From: Kiritimatiellia bacterium | GTDB taxonomy: Bacteria > Verrucomicrobiota > Kiritimatiellia > JAAZAB01 | Assembly: GCA_040767085.1 (NCBI GenBank) | Contig: JAXGPF010000006.1 | Span: 1-64,000 of the forward strand | Length of the DNA stretch: 64,000 nt | Reading direction: 5' to 3' | Shown here: one piece after another, positions 18,849 through 27,501 of the stretch | Position numbering within the stretch: the stretch's first letter is position 1 | How the letters are laid out: every line of letters starts with the position of its first letter | Notes under the pieces: generated by a model | What the model was told of the DNA's origin: nothing | Seen by the model: the letters and a program-made list of their open reading frames with translations, nothing else | The model's database searches: none | Program-made: the position numbers and the translations under genes

Positions 18849-19449
18849 GGTTCATCCGCTCCTTGAAGTAGGCTTGCAAATGCGCCGTCAACGGGTGTTC
18901 CGCCCCGCCCCGCCGGCCGCCCGGCTCGAACCGGTAGTCTTCCATTTCCGCCAGCGCGCGGTCCACCGGCCAGCGCTGAACCAGCACCCGGTAAACCGCC
19001 ACGACGGCGCCGGTGCGGTGCGTGCCGCGCGCGCAGGTGACCAGCGCCGGCAGATTGCGCCGGTCGCGCAGCAATGCCAGCGCCTGGTCGTACTGCGCGA
19101 ACTCACCCCGGCCGTCGCCGGGCATGATCAACGCCGCCACCCGGACATCGTGCCGCCGGCAGACTTCCCTTTCCCGCGCCATATCCGCGAGGGATAACTC
19201 CGGGATATTGGTCTTGATGATGGTCTTGATTTTATGGCGTTTAATCAATTTTTCAAGCTGGGTTGGGGGCAACTGGCCGCAGCGGTAAATCAACCCGGGC
19301 TCGACCGTCCCAAAGTTGTCCCATGCCGCGCAGCCGCGCGCGGCCGCCCATAACGCGGCCGCCGCCGGCAACGCCAGCCATACCAATCGCCAGATCCGCC
19401 GGCGCCCGGCCGCCGGCCGGCGCGGCGCGTCGGCGCGGCCGTCAGGCAT
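18841..19449 (-). CDS. Membrane-anchored dual-specificity/tyrosine phosphatase-family protein
   Basis: NFGTVEPGLIYRCGQ, CX5R loop CARGTHR and an N-terminal TM helix. Start uncertain (19449 or 19497). Confidence 0.8.
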   Translation of the reverse strand: MPDGRADAPRRPAAGRRRIWRLVWLALPAAAALWAAARGCAAWDNFGTVEPGLIYRCGQLPPTQLEKLIKRHKIKTIIKTNIPELSLADMAREREVCRRHDVRVAALIMPGDGRGEFAQYDQALALLRDRRNLPALVTCARGTHRTGAVVAVYRVLVQRWPVDRALAEMEDYRFEPGGRRGGAEHPLTAHLQAYFKERMNHE

Positions 19450-20197
19450 CGGCGTCTGAGATGCCGGCTGCTCCGGCGTGTTTATTTTTTCCGGCATACC
19501 ATTCCACCTGGCGGGCAATGCCCATCAAAATCCGCACATCGTCGTCTGTAAGGCGCCCGCGGGTGAAAATCCGCCGCACCCCCTGCATCATGTGGGCCGC
19601 CTTGGCCGGCTCCATGAACCCGATTTTCAACAGCATCCGTTCCCACAATGCGAACATGCGCTCTTTTTTGGCGGACACGGCCTCCAGCGATTTTTCCGGC
19701 GGCAGCTCAAACCCGCCGGCCGCCATGAACAATTCGTAGGCGCAGATCATCACCGCGTGCGAAAGATTCAGTGAAACGTACGCCGGCGAAGATGGAATCC
19801 GCATTAACCGCGTGCAAACCGCAATTTCTTCATTGCTCAAACCGTTGTCTTCCGGCCCGAACACCAGGGCTACTTTCCCGGCGCGGGCCGCCGCCAGGAT
19901 TTCCGGCGCCCAGGCCCGCGGCGTCCGGCAATGCTGCCGGTACAGGCCTTCCCGGGCGGTGGCGCCCACCACCAGGGTGCAATCCGCCACGGCGGCGGAC
20001 AAATCCGGCGCCTGCCGGCAGGCGGCCAGGATATCCTGCGCGCCGCACGCCATCTGGCGCGCCTGCGGCGGATCGCTGATCGCGGCGCCCGCGAGCACGA
20101 GGTCGGACAGACCCATGTTGGCCATTACCCGGCAGACCGCGCCGATATTGCCGCTGTAAATCGGCCGGACGAGAACTATGCGCACCGCGTTTAACAT
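19442..20197 (-). CDS. trmJ: TrmJ/LasT-family SPOUT tRNA methyltransferase
   Basis: IVLVRP...GNIGAVCRVMANMG, VFGPEDNGLSNEE and YVSLNLSHAV. Confidence 0.88.
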   Translation of the reverse strand: MLNAVRIVLVRPIYSGNIGAVCRVMANMGLSDLVLAGAAISDPPQARQMACGAQDILAACRQAPDLSAAVADCTLVVGATAREGLYRQHCRTPRAWAPEILAAARAGKVALVFGPEDNGLSNEEIAVCTRLMRIPSSPAYVSLNLSHAVMICAYELFMAAGGFELPPEKSLEAVSAKKERMFALWERMLLKIGFMEPAKAAHMMQGVRRIFTRGRLTDDDVRILMGIARQVEWYAGKNKHAGAAGISDADA

Positions 20198-20246
20198 TGC
20201 CGGATAACCTTGACTATTGCCCGTTACCCAGAATACTATAAGAAGC

Positions 20247-21623
20247 ATGCCCGCCATAAAGCAAGAAGAAAGATCGCAACCCCCATGGTTTGTCGTCAAG
20301 GCAGTGGGGCTGGCTATCCTGCTGGGCACGTTGCTCCTGATGCTGCCGTGGGCTGTCCGCTCCGCGGCGCCGCCCGACCCTTTGACCGCCGTCTTCACGG
20401 CCACCAGCGCCGTTTGCGTGACCGGCCACTCCGCCGTCTGCGTCCCGGAATATTACACCTTTTTCGGCCAGGTGGTCCTGCTGCTTCTGATCCAGGCCGG
20501 CGGGTTGGGCTTCATGCTGCTGGGCACGCTGCTGCTCAGCCTGGCCGGCCGCCACATGAGCATGCAGAGCGAAATGGCGGTGATGGACGTGTTGTGCCTG
20601 GAAGAAGCCCGGCACCTGAAGGACCTGCTGCGCCGGTCCATCCAGTTCACACTGTGGCTGGAGGGGTGCGGGGCGGCCCTGCTGGCCTGGCGGTTTTACG
20701 CGGCCTACGGCCAGCCGTTGCCCCGCGCGATTTTTAACGGCATCTTCCACTCCGTCAGCGCCTACTGCAACGCTGGATTCTCGCTCTTCCCCGATAGCTT
20801 GACGGCTTTCCGCCGCGATCCCGCCATCCTCACGGTTATCGGCGCCCTGGTCATCGCCGGCGGGCTGGGTTTTATCGTGTTGTACGACATCAGCCGTTAC
20901 CGGTTCTGGCGGCGCAACCTGCTGGAGCGCGGCCATCTCATGCTCCACACCAAAGTCGTCCTGCTGGCCGCCGCAGCGCTGTTGCTGACCGGCAGCCTGG
21001 TTTTCGGGACGCTGGAATGGCGGCACACGCTGGCGGAACTGCCCTGGCCGGCCAAGGTCATGGATGCCTTATTCCACTCGGTCACGGCGCGCACCGCCGG
21101 CTTCAACATCCTGGAAATGGGGGAACTCCGGCCCGCCACCCGCTTCTTGAATCTGATATTAATGTATATCGGCGGGGCGCCCGGCTCGACCGCCGGTGGA
21201 ATCAAGACCACCACCGCCGCCGTGCTGCTGGCCACCACCATTGCCATGATCCGCGGCCGGCGCGAGACCACCATGCTGAACCGCACCCTCTCACCCCGCA
21301 ACACGGCGGGCGCCCTGGCGATTTTCATTCTCAGCACCCTGCTCCTGACGGGCCTGTACGGGCTCCTGCTCATGAGCGAACACGGCCGCCTGCAAGCCGG
21401 CGTGTTTTCCACGGACTTTTTGATGTTTGACGCCGTCTCGGCCTTCGGCACGGTGGGGCTTTCCACCGGCATCATCCCGCAACTGTCCCGCCTGGGGCTG
21501 GCCTTGATGGCGGCCTGCATGTTTGTCGGCCGCGTCGGCCCGCTGACGATTTTCATGCTGGTGGGCGCCAAAAGCCCGCGCCACCTGGTGCGCCATCCCA
21601 ATGAAGACGTGCTGGTAGGTTAA
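20247..21623 (+). CDS. Trk/Ktr potassium uptake membrane subunit (KtrB/TrkH)
   Basis: FTATSAVCVTG, SAYCNAGF, TARTAGFN, GSTAGGIKTTT and SAFGTVGLSTG. Confidence 0.93.
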   Translation: MPAIKQEERSQPPWFVVKAVGLAILLGTLLLMLPWAVRSAAPPDPLTAVFTATSAVCVTGHSAVCVPEYYTFFGQVVLLLLIQAGGLGFMLLGTLLLSLAGRHMSMQSEMAVMDVLCLEEARHLKDLLRRSIQFTLWLEGCGAALLAWRFYAAYGQPLPRAIFNGIFHSVSAYCNAGFSLFPDSLTAFRRDPAILTVIGALVIAGGLGFIVLYDISRYRFWRRNLLERGHLMLHTKVVLLAAAALLLTGSLVFGTLEWRHTLAELPWPAKVMDALFHSVTARTAGFNILEMGELRPATRFLNLILMYIGGAPGSTAGGIKTTTAAVLLATTIAMIRGRRETTMLNRTLSPRNTAGALAIFILSTLLLTGLYGLLLMSEHGRLQAGVFSTDFLMFDAVSAFGTVGLSTGIIPQLSRLGLALMAACMFVGRVGPLTIFMLVGAKSPRHLVRHPNEDVLVG

Positions 21624-21705
21624 ACTGCCATCCCTGCACAGGGCGTATTTTGGGCTTGATTATGGCGGCTTCTCCGGCCATGATATCATTCTGAATTTTA
21701 AATTA

Positions 21706-21727
21706 TTTCAAAACGCTTGTTTTGAAA
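21706..21727. repeat. 22-bp palindrome family B, copy 2 (TTTCAAAAC-GCTT-GTTTTGAAA)
   Basis: Perfect 9-bp arms; lies downstream of a possible extended -10 (TGaTATCAT at 21681-21689). Confidence 0.8.
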
Positions 21728-21739
21728 TTGGATCAAGTC

Positions 21740-22462
21740 ATGGCAATATCCGGCGGGCGGCGGGTGGCCGCCGGACAGCAGGGGCGCAACTTGAAAAGAA
21801 TCGGCATTGTCGGCGGCGGGCGGTTCGGCGCCAGCCTGGCGGAGGCCCTGGCGGAGCGGGGCGTGGAAGTAATGCTGCTCGACCGCGACCGCGAAGTGGT
21901 GGATGACCTGGCCGGCGTCGTGGCCAAGGCCATGGAAGGCGACGCCACCGAAGAAGGGGCGCTGGAGGCGGCGGGCTTCCAGGATTGCGACATCGCGGTC
22001 GTCGCCGTCGGGTCCGACCTGGAAAGCAGCATCCTCGCCACGCTCAGCCTCAAGGAAATGAAAATCCCCTGCGTCGTGGCCAAGGCCTCGGGGGAACTGC
22101 ACGGCAAGGTGCTGAAGCGCGTCGGCGCCGACCGCATTATTTACCCCGACCGGGACATGGCCACGCGCCTGGCCCGCACGCTGGTTTCACCATCGGTGCT
22201 GGATTACATGGAGGTGTCCGCCGGCGCCAGCGTGCTGGAGATCAGCGCGCCGTTGAGTTTTATCGGCAAAACCATCGCCGAGTCCAATATCCGCCGTGAT
22301 TTCGGCGTCACCATCCTGGTGCTGCGGCGGGCCAAACAGCCGGACGGCGGCCAGGAAACCATCATCATCCCCGACCCCACCGACCTGATCGAGTTGGGGG
22401 ACACGCTGGCGGTTTTCGGCGCCGATGCAAAACTGCGCAAACTCGAACAGGAACTGGCTTAG
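21740..22462 (+). CDS. Trk/Ktr potassium uptake RCK subunit (KtrA/TrkA)
   Basis: IGIVGGGRFG Rossmann motif, GDAT, VVAKA...HGKVLKRVGAD..IYPD and a TrkA_C domain. The start could be TTG 21791. Confidence 0.92.
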   Translation: MAISGGRRVAAGQQGRNLKRIGIVGGGRFGASLAEALAERGVEVMLLDRDREVVDDLAGVVAKAMEGDATEEGALEAAGFQDCDIAVVAVGSDLESSILATLSLKEMKIPCVVAKASGELHGKVLKRVGADRIIYPDRDMATRLARTLVSPSVLDYMEVSAGASVLEISAPLSFIGKTIAESNIRRDFGVTILVLRRAKQPDGGQETIIIPDPTDLIELGDTLAVFGADAKLRKLEQELA

Positions 22463-22472
22463 GGGGCATACC

Positions 22473-22865
22473 ATGAACATCAACCGCGTCCTGCAATCCT
22501 GCCCGTTCGCGGCGCGCGCCGCCGCCGCCATTTTTACCGCCGCCGGCCTGGCGGCCATGACCGCCGGCTGCGAGGATGATTCTTTCCCCCACACCCCGCC
22601 TGACGGCCAGGGCAGCCTGATCGTGGATAACCGCACCGGCGACCGCCTGGAAGTGTTCATCAACGGTGTCGAATCCACCCGGGTGGATAACTACGACTAC
22701 GAGGCCTACGACCGGGAGCCCGGGGTCTGCCGGGTGGTCCTGCAGGAACGCCACGGCAGCCGCAGTTACCGCGAGGACGTGGACATCCTGGAAGGGCGGC
22801 TGACCGTCATGCGCGTGCGTTGGTTCGACAGTTACAGCTACGAAGTGGACATTTATTTCGACTGA
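22473..22865 (+). CDS. Small hypothetical lipoprotein (PEGA-like beta-sandwich)
   Basis: Lipobox MTAGC; GSLIVDN...LEVFING; GGGGG RBS. Confidence 0.7.
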   Translation: MNINRVLQSCPFAARAAAAIFTAAGLAAMTAGCEDDSFPHTPPDGQGSLIVDNRTGDRLEVFINGVESTRVDNYDYEAYDREPGVCRVVLQERHGSRSYREDVDILEGRLTVMRVRWFDSYSYEVDIYFD

Positions 22866-22882
22866 ACCGGCCGGCCCGGGCG

Positions 22883-23758
22883 TTACTTGATGGTGTAGCG
22901 CGTGGTTTTCACCAGGACGCTCCACAAGTCTTCCGCCGTTTCCGCGGCCAGCAGTTTTTCGCGCGCATCCTTCTTGAAAAAGGTCTGGGTCAAGCCCGAC
23001 AGGAGGCGCAGGTAGAACACGCTGGCGGCGGTGGGAATGACGATGAAGAAGATGATATGCGTCAGCCCGCGCCCGGTCATGTCGAAGCGCACGCCCTTGC
23101 GGTTGATCCCCAGCGCCAGGGTCAGGCCGCCGCCTTCCACGCCGCGCACATGCGGGAAAGCCAGCCCATGCTCCACGGCCGTGTTGATGATGGCTTCGCG
23201 TTCGAGGGCAGCCGTAATCAGCTTGGCGCCATTGTCCACGAAGCCTTCCGACTCCATGCGCATGGCCATTTCCTCGATCACCTTGTCGCGCCCCGTGGAC
23301 TGCAATTCCGGCAGCATCAGCGATTGCGAAGTGAAGCGGGCGATGCCTGTGCGCCGCGGCATGGAGCGGCCGCCGGCTTTCTTGCTGATGCGCCGCGAAC
23401 GGGCCTCGGGGTAATAGAGAATGCGGGCGCAATTGGGGCATTGAAACAGCTTTTCGCCAGCGCGCACGGCGTAAATCAGGCTGACTGGCAGCGAGAGGCC
23501 GCAGCCCGAACAGACATTATTGGAAATCGGCACGATCGCCAGCACGTCGCGCTTTTCGATTTTCTGAAAGAGTTGCTGGGTTTCTTCCGGCAGTGAGTCA
23601 CGCAGGGCGTTGATGGAACTATCCAACTGGGAAGTGTACTTGTCGGACATGGATGCTTCCTGCTCGGAACGCACGAGAATGAGTTCCTGCAATTGCACCA
23701 ACTGGTTGATCAACGGGTGATTATTGCCGTTGTGCGCGGGCTTCTCTGGATTGGTCAC
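22883..23758 (-). CDS. C4 zinc-ribbon (DUF164-like) domain fused to a PTS EIIA (Fru/Mtl/Ntr-type) domain
   Basis: CSGCGLSLP...QCPNCARILY, then ALEREAIINTAVEHGLAFPHVR; GTG start. Confidence 0.85.
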   Translation of the reverse strand: MTNPEKPAHNGNNHPLINQLVQLQELILVRSEQEASMSDKYTSQLDSSINALRDSLPEETQQLFQKIEKRDVLAIVPISNNVCSGCGLSLPVSLIYAVRAGEKLFQCPNCARILYYPEARSRRISKKAGGRSMPRRTGIARFTSQSLMLPELQSTGRDKVIEEMAMRMESEGFVDNGAKLITAALEREAIINTAVEHGLAFPHVRGVEGGGLTLALGINRKGVRFDMTGRGLTHIIFFIVIPTAASVFYLRLLSGLTQTFFKKDAREKLLAAETAEDLWSVLVKTTRYTIK

Positions 23759-23783
23759 AAAGCTACCTCGAACTTGTTGAATG

Positions 23784-23859
23784 TGGTGGCGACGCGGGGA
23801 TTCGAACCCCGGACCTAAGGCTTATGAGTCCTCCGCTCTACCAACTGAGCTACATCGCC
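23784..23859 (-). tRNA. tRNA with CAT anticodon (probably elongator Met; Ile2 not excluded)
   Basis: GGCGATGTAGCTCAGTTGGTAGAGCGGAGGACTCATAAGCCTTAGGTCCGGGGTTCGAATCCCCGCGTCGCCACCA folds as a cloverleaf with encoded CCA. G1-C72 is paired, so it is not the initiator. Confidence 0.93.
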
Positions 23860-23984
23860 ATGAATGCCGGCAAGATACGCCAGCGCGCGGCGGAAATACC
23901 GGCCAAACCCGCGCAAGCCGGATGGCCCGGCTGGTTTTTCGGACGGCAGATGCGGCGCGCGCAAAGCATCAACGCGGCAATCGG

Positions 23985-24061
23985 TGGCGGGAGAGACGGG
24001 ACTCGAACCCGCAACAACCAGATCGACAGTCTGGGACTCTAACCAATTGAGCTACTCCCCC
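23985..24061 (-). tRNA. tRNA-Asp (GTC)
   Basis: GGGGGAGTAGCTCAATTGGTTAGAGTCCCAGACTGTCGATCTGGTTGTTGCGGGTTCGAGTCCCGTCTCTCCCGCCA; G73 discriminator and encoded CCA. Confidence 0.95.
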
Positions 24062-24300
24062 CCGGATTAATGCAGAGCAGTGTAGGCCGGGCAGCGCGGA
24101 ATTGCAAGCAAAAAAACTCCGGGGGGGCGGCTGGACACGGCTTCCGGCCGGACCGCCGGCCCTGCCGCCGGGTGCATGCGGCATTTTATCCAACGCCAAA
24201 TCCGGAAAATAGCTACGCCAATGCGGGCGGAAGGCTCGCCTCAGGTTCGCCCTCCAACCGGCATGCAGGCATGGTGTTGGCCGCCCGGCATGGCGCGCGG

Positions 24301-25965
24301 TCACCTGATCCGGAACATCGCGCCCATGCCGACGTGTTCATAACAGCCAATGTCCACCAGGCCGGTGAACCGGTCCAGGCGCGGGCGCCCATCGAGGTCC
24401 AGCGCGCCGTCCATCCAGGTCTGATACAAACCGGCATTGACGCAGCGGGACTCCCCGGTCAAGCGATACCCGGCATCCAATTTGGGGTCATCCGCAAACG
24501 AATCCGTCACCGTAAAGGATGCTGCACCCGGCACCGGCGCAATGCAGGAATTCTCGACCACCCGGCTGCCGGCACTACTCCAATAAATATTGCTGTAGCC
24601 GGCCGGATTGGTGTTGCCGTAGATGATGCAATTGCGAAAGGTGGTCAGGTTGCCGATCGCCGATGACAGGTAAACTCCGCCGGCGCTGCTGGAGCCCGGC
24701 GCGACGTGATTGGCCGTAATGGTGCAGTTTTCAAAGGTAGCGGTGCCGCGGTACACACATATGCCGGCGGCATTGCTCGGCGCAAAATTCTCCGCCACCA
24801 GGCAATTGCGCAATACCGCGCCGGCCTGGTCCCAGATCGTTACCCCGGCGCCACTGCTTAAAACCTCGGTATTGCCGGTGATCCGGCAATTCTCCACCGT
24901 GCCGGAGCCGTAAAAAAACACCCCGGCGCCATGGTAAAAATCATTACCACCAGGAGAACCTTCTCCCGCCCGATTGCAGCAGATCGTGCACCGCCGCACG
25001 ATGCCTCCGTTATTAACCATGTTCACGCCGCCGCCAACGCCATAGGCATTGTTATTGCTGATAACGCAATCTTCCACCACGGCATTGGTTATGTACACGC
25101 CCCCGCCGCCGCGACTGGATGAACGTTGGAAATAGGTATTGGTATTGCCGGCAATCAGGCAATCGCGGGCCACGGAATTATTCTCAAGCGCCACCCCGCC
25201 GCCAAAGATTGTTGTGCGGTTCCGGAGAATATCCGTCGCGATGACGGCGGAATTGCCGCCGGAGGCCCTGATGCCGCCGCCTAGGCTGGTTCCCAGGTTG
25301 CCTTCCACCACGCAATGCAACGCCGTGCCGGAGCTGATATGGATGCCGCCGCCGGTTGTGGACTTGTTGTTACTGACAACGCAATCAATTGCCAGGCTGT
25401 AGTTCTGCAGATGGATGCCGCCGCCATAATCGGTTGACTCATTGGCCGCAACGAGGCACCCGGTGACCGTGCTTTGATCCGCGTAAACCCCGCCGGCAAA
25501 GCCGCTGGACTGATTCCCGATCACCAGGCAATCATCCAGGACGGCGCCGCCGGCAAGACGCACCCCGCCGCCGTTGTTGGAATAGCCGTTGCTGATAGTG
25601 AGCCCGCGCAACACGGCCTCGGCATGATCCAGCCAGAAGCAGCGGTTGGTGGTGTTGGGATAATTGCCATCCACGGTCGTGCCGGCGCGGTCAAGGGCGC
25701 CGTTGTTCCAACTGCGCACCGTCATGGCATCTTCGATTAAAACCGCGCTGGTCAGCCGGTATTCGCCGTTAGTGATCCAGACATTCGTCCAGCCCTGGGC
25801 CGCCGCGGCATTGACGGCGGTCTGGATATTGGTGGCGGCGTTGGTCCAGGAATCGTGCGGATAGGCTGGCGTGACGCCGGCGGTGCCCGGCGGCACGACA
25901 TGGCATACCTGCGCGCCGGTCCAGCCGGCCAGCAAAACGACCGTCAGCATGAACGCATACTTCAT
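24301..25965 (-). CDS. Secreted right-handed parallel beta-helix repeat protein with a choice-of-anchor Q-like C-domain
   Basis: Signal peptide; SWTNAATNIQTAV; many GGG(V/I)...C.(V/I)..N repeats; DYRL-like SRCVNAG...DLDGRPR...VDIGCYE. Confidence 0.85.
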   Translation of the reverse strand: MKYAFMLTVVLLAGWTGAQVCHVVPPGTAGVTPAYPHDSWTNAATNIQTAVNAAAAQGWTNVWITNGEYRLTSAVLIEDAMTVRSWNNGALDRAGTTVDGNYPNTTNRCFWLDHAEAVLRGLTISNGYSNNGGGVRLAGGAVLDDCLVIGNQSSGFAGGVYADQSTVTGCLVAANESTDYGGGIHLQNYSLAIDCVVSNNKSTTGGGIHISSGTALHCVVEGNLGTSLGGGIRASGGNSAVIATDILRNRTTIFGGGVALENNSVARDCLIAGNTNTYFQRSSSRGGGGVYITNAVVEDCVISNNNAYGVGGGVNMVNNGGIVRRCTICCNRAGEGSPGGNDFYHGAGVFFYGSGTVENCRITGNTEVLSSGAGVTIWDQAGAVLRNCLVAENFAPSNAAGICVYRGTATFENCTITANHVAPGSSSAGGVYLSSAIGNLTTFRNCIIYGNTNPAGYSNIYWSSAGSRVVENSCIAPVPGAASFTVTDSFADDPKLDAGYRLTGESRCVNAGLYQTWMDGALDLDGRPRLDRFTGLVDIGCYEHVGMGAMFRIR

Positions 25966-26237
25966 GATTTTGGTTCCCCCCTGGGTTGTCGAGTATTGAG
26001 AACTTACGGCAAGGCAGCCTTGACAGATTGGGTATCCCCAACTTCAGATTAATAAAACTAGTATAATCGCGTCAATATTTCAATGACTTTTTCCGGCGTA
26101 TTTTTTGCTTTGCCCGCCCGAGCGGCAGTGGTATGTTGTCAGGAATTTAACGGCGCGGCATTGTTTTCGGAACGTTTGCAGGCACACGCTGAATCCGCGC
26201 GGCGTATTCTTCGGCGCAGTATAAGCCAGGGAGCATT

Positions 26238-27323
26238 ATGAGCAATCGCATCGGTTGGGGAATCATCGGGTATGGAGTCATCGGGCCGCATCACGCCAAG
26301 GCTGTCGCCAACGCCCCGGAAGCGGAATTGCTGGCCGTCTGCGACATTGATCCGCGCCGCGAGCAGGTTTTGCGCGCGCATGGTTACAAGGCCCGCTTCT
26401 ATACCAGCCACCGGGAGATGCTGCGCCGGGAGCCCGGCATTCAGGCGGTCAGCGTCTGCACGCCCTCCGGGCTGCACCACCAGGGCGCGATTGACGCCGC
26501 CCGCGCCGGCCGGCATGTGCTCAGCGAAAAGCCGCTGGACATCACCCTGGCCAACATGGACCGGATGATCGAAGCCTGCGACCGGGCCGGCGTCAAGCTG
26601 GGCTGTATTTTTCAGAAACGCACCGACACCGACAGCATCCTTGCCAAGCAGGCGCTGCGGCGGGGCCTGCTGGGCAAGCTGGTGCTGGGCGACTGCCACC
26701 AGAAATACTACCGCTCCCCCGCCTATTTCCGCTCGGCCGGCTGGCGCGGCACCTGGAAACTCGACGGCGGCGGCGCACTGATGAATCAAGCCGTGCATGG
26801 GATTGACCTGCTGCTCTGGCTGATGGGCGAAGTTGACCGCGTCTTCACTTACACCGACCGGCTGGTGCGGAAGATCGAAGTCGAGGACACCTCCGTTTCC
26901 GTCATCCGGTTCAAAAACGGCGCGCTGGGCAATATCATCGGCACCACCTCCGTGGTGCCGGGCATGGGCTGCAAAACCATGATCCACGGCGAACGCGGCT
27001 CGATTATCCTGGGGGATGGCCCGCTCAAATGCTGGACCGCCCGCCTGGTCAAGGGCAAGCACGAGCCGCAGCCTGTCAACCTCGCGGAAAAATTCCACCG
27101 CCGGAAAACCGGGGGAGACGCCTACGGCAAACTGGCCAGCGACCACACCGCGCTGTCGTCCGACGGCCATACGCTGCAAGTCCGGGATTTGTGCCGGGCT
27201 ATCCGCCGGAATACCGAACCTATGGTGCCGGGCCCGGAAGCGCGCCGGGCCGTGGAACTGATCCTGGCCATTTACCGCTCGTGGAAAACCCGCCGGGAAG
27301 TGCAACTGCCGCTGCGGGGGTAG
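26238..27323 (+). CDS. Gfo/Idh/MocA-family oxidoreductase
   Basis: GIIGYGVIG, VCTPSGLH, HVLSEKP, WRGTWKLDGGGALMNQAVHGID and VED. Confidence 0.93.
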   Translation: MSNRIGWGIIGYGVIGPHHAKAVANAPEAELLAVCDIDPRREQVLRAHGYKARFYTSHREMLRREPGIQAVSVCTPSGLHHQGAIDAARAGRHVLSEKPLDITLANMDRMIEACDRAGVKLGCIFQKRTDTDSILAKQALRRGLLGKLVLGDCHQKYYRSPAYFRSAGWRGTWKLDGGGALMNQAVHGIDLLLWLMGEVDRVFTYTDRLVRKIEVEDTSVSVIRFKNGALGNIIGTTSVVPGMGCKTMIHGERGSIILGDGPLKCWTARLVKGKHEPQPVNLAEKFHRRKTGGDAYGKLASDHTALSSDGHTLQVRDLCRAIRRNTEPMVPGPEARRAVELILAIYRSWKTRREVQLPLRG

Positions 27324-27353
27324 GATGCCTGCCCAGGGCTGCGTCATTCTTGG

Positions 27354-27423
27354 CGGCTCGCCCGGAGGTCTCGCCCTACCCGGGGAATCTGCTGAAGGTA
27401 GGGCGACGTCTCCGACGGAGCCG
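27354..27423. repeat. GTAG-type REP-like doublet between convergent genes
   Basis: CGGCTCGCCCGGAGGTCTCGCCCTACC and GGTAGGGCGACGTCTCCGACGGAGCCG; both units recur at 53944-54047. Confidence 0.85.
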
Positions 27424-27501
27424 TTCCGCGGCAGTCCGGATCACGGAATAACCCCTGCACCGCGCAGCATGATCACCCGCGGCATGGCGCAAGGCGAACG
27501 G

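Noticed and set aside
23784-24300. tRNA-anchored genomic island or prophage
   Set aside because: No integrase, no duplicated tRNA 3' end seen, and no phage gene cluster nearby.
26020-26067. TTGACA and TATAAT consensus boxes
   Set aside because: They are about 36 bp apart, so they do not form one sigma70 promoter.
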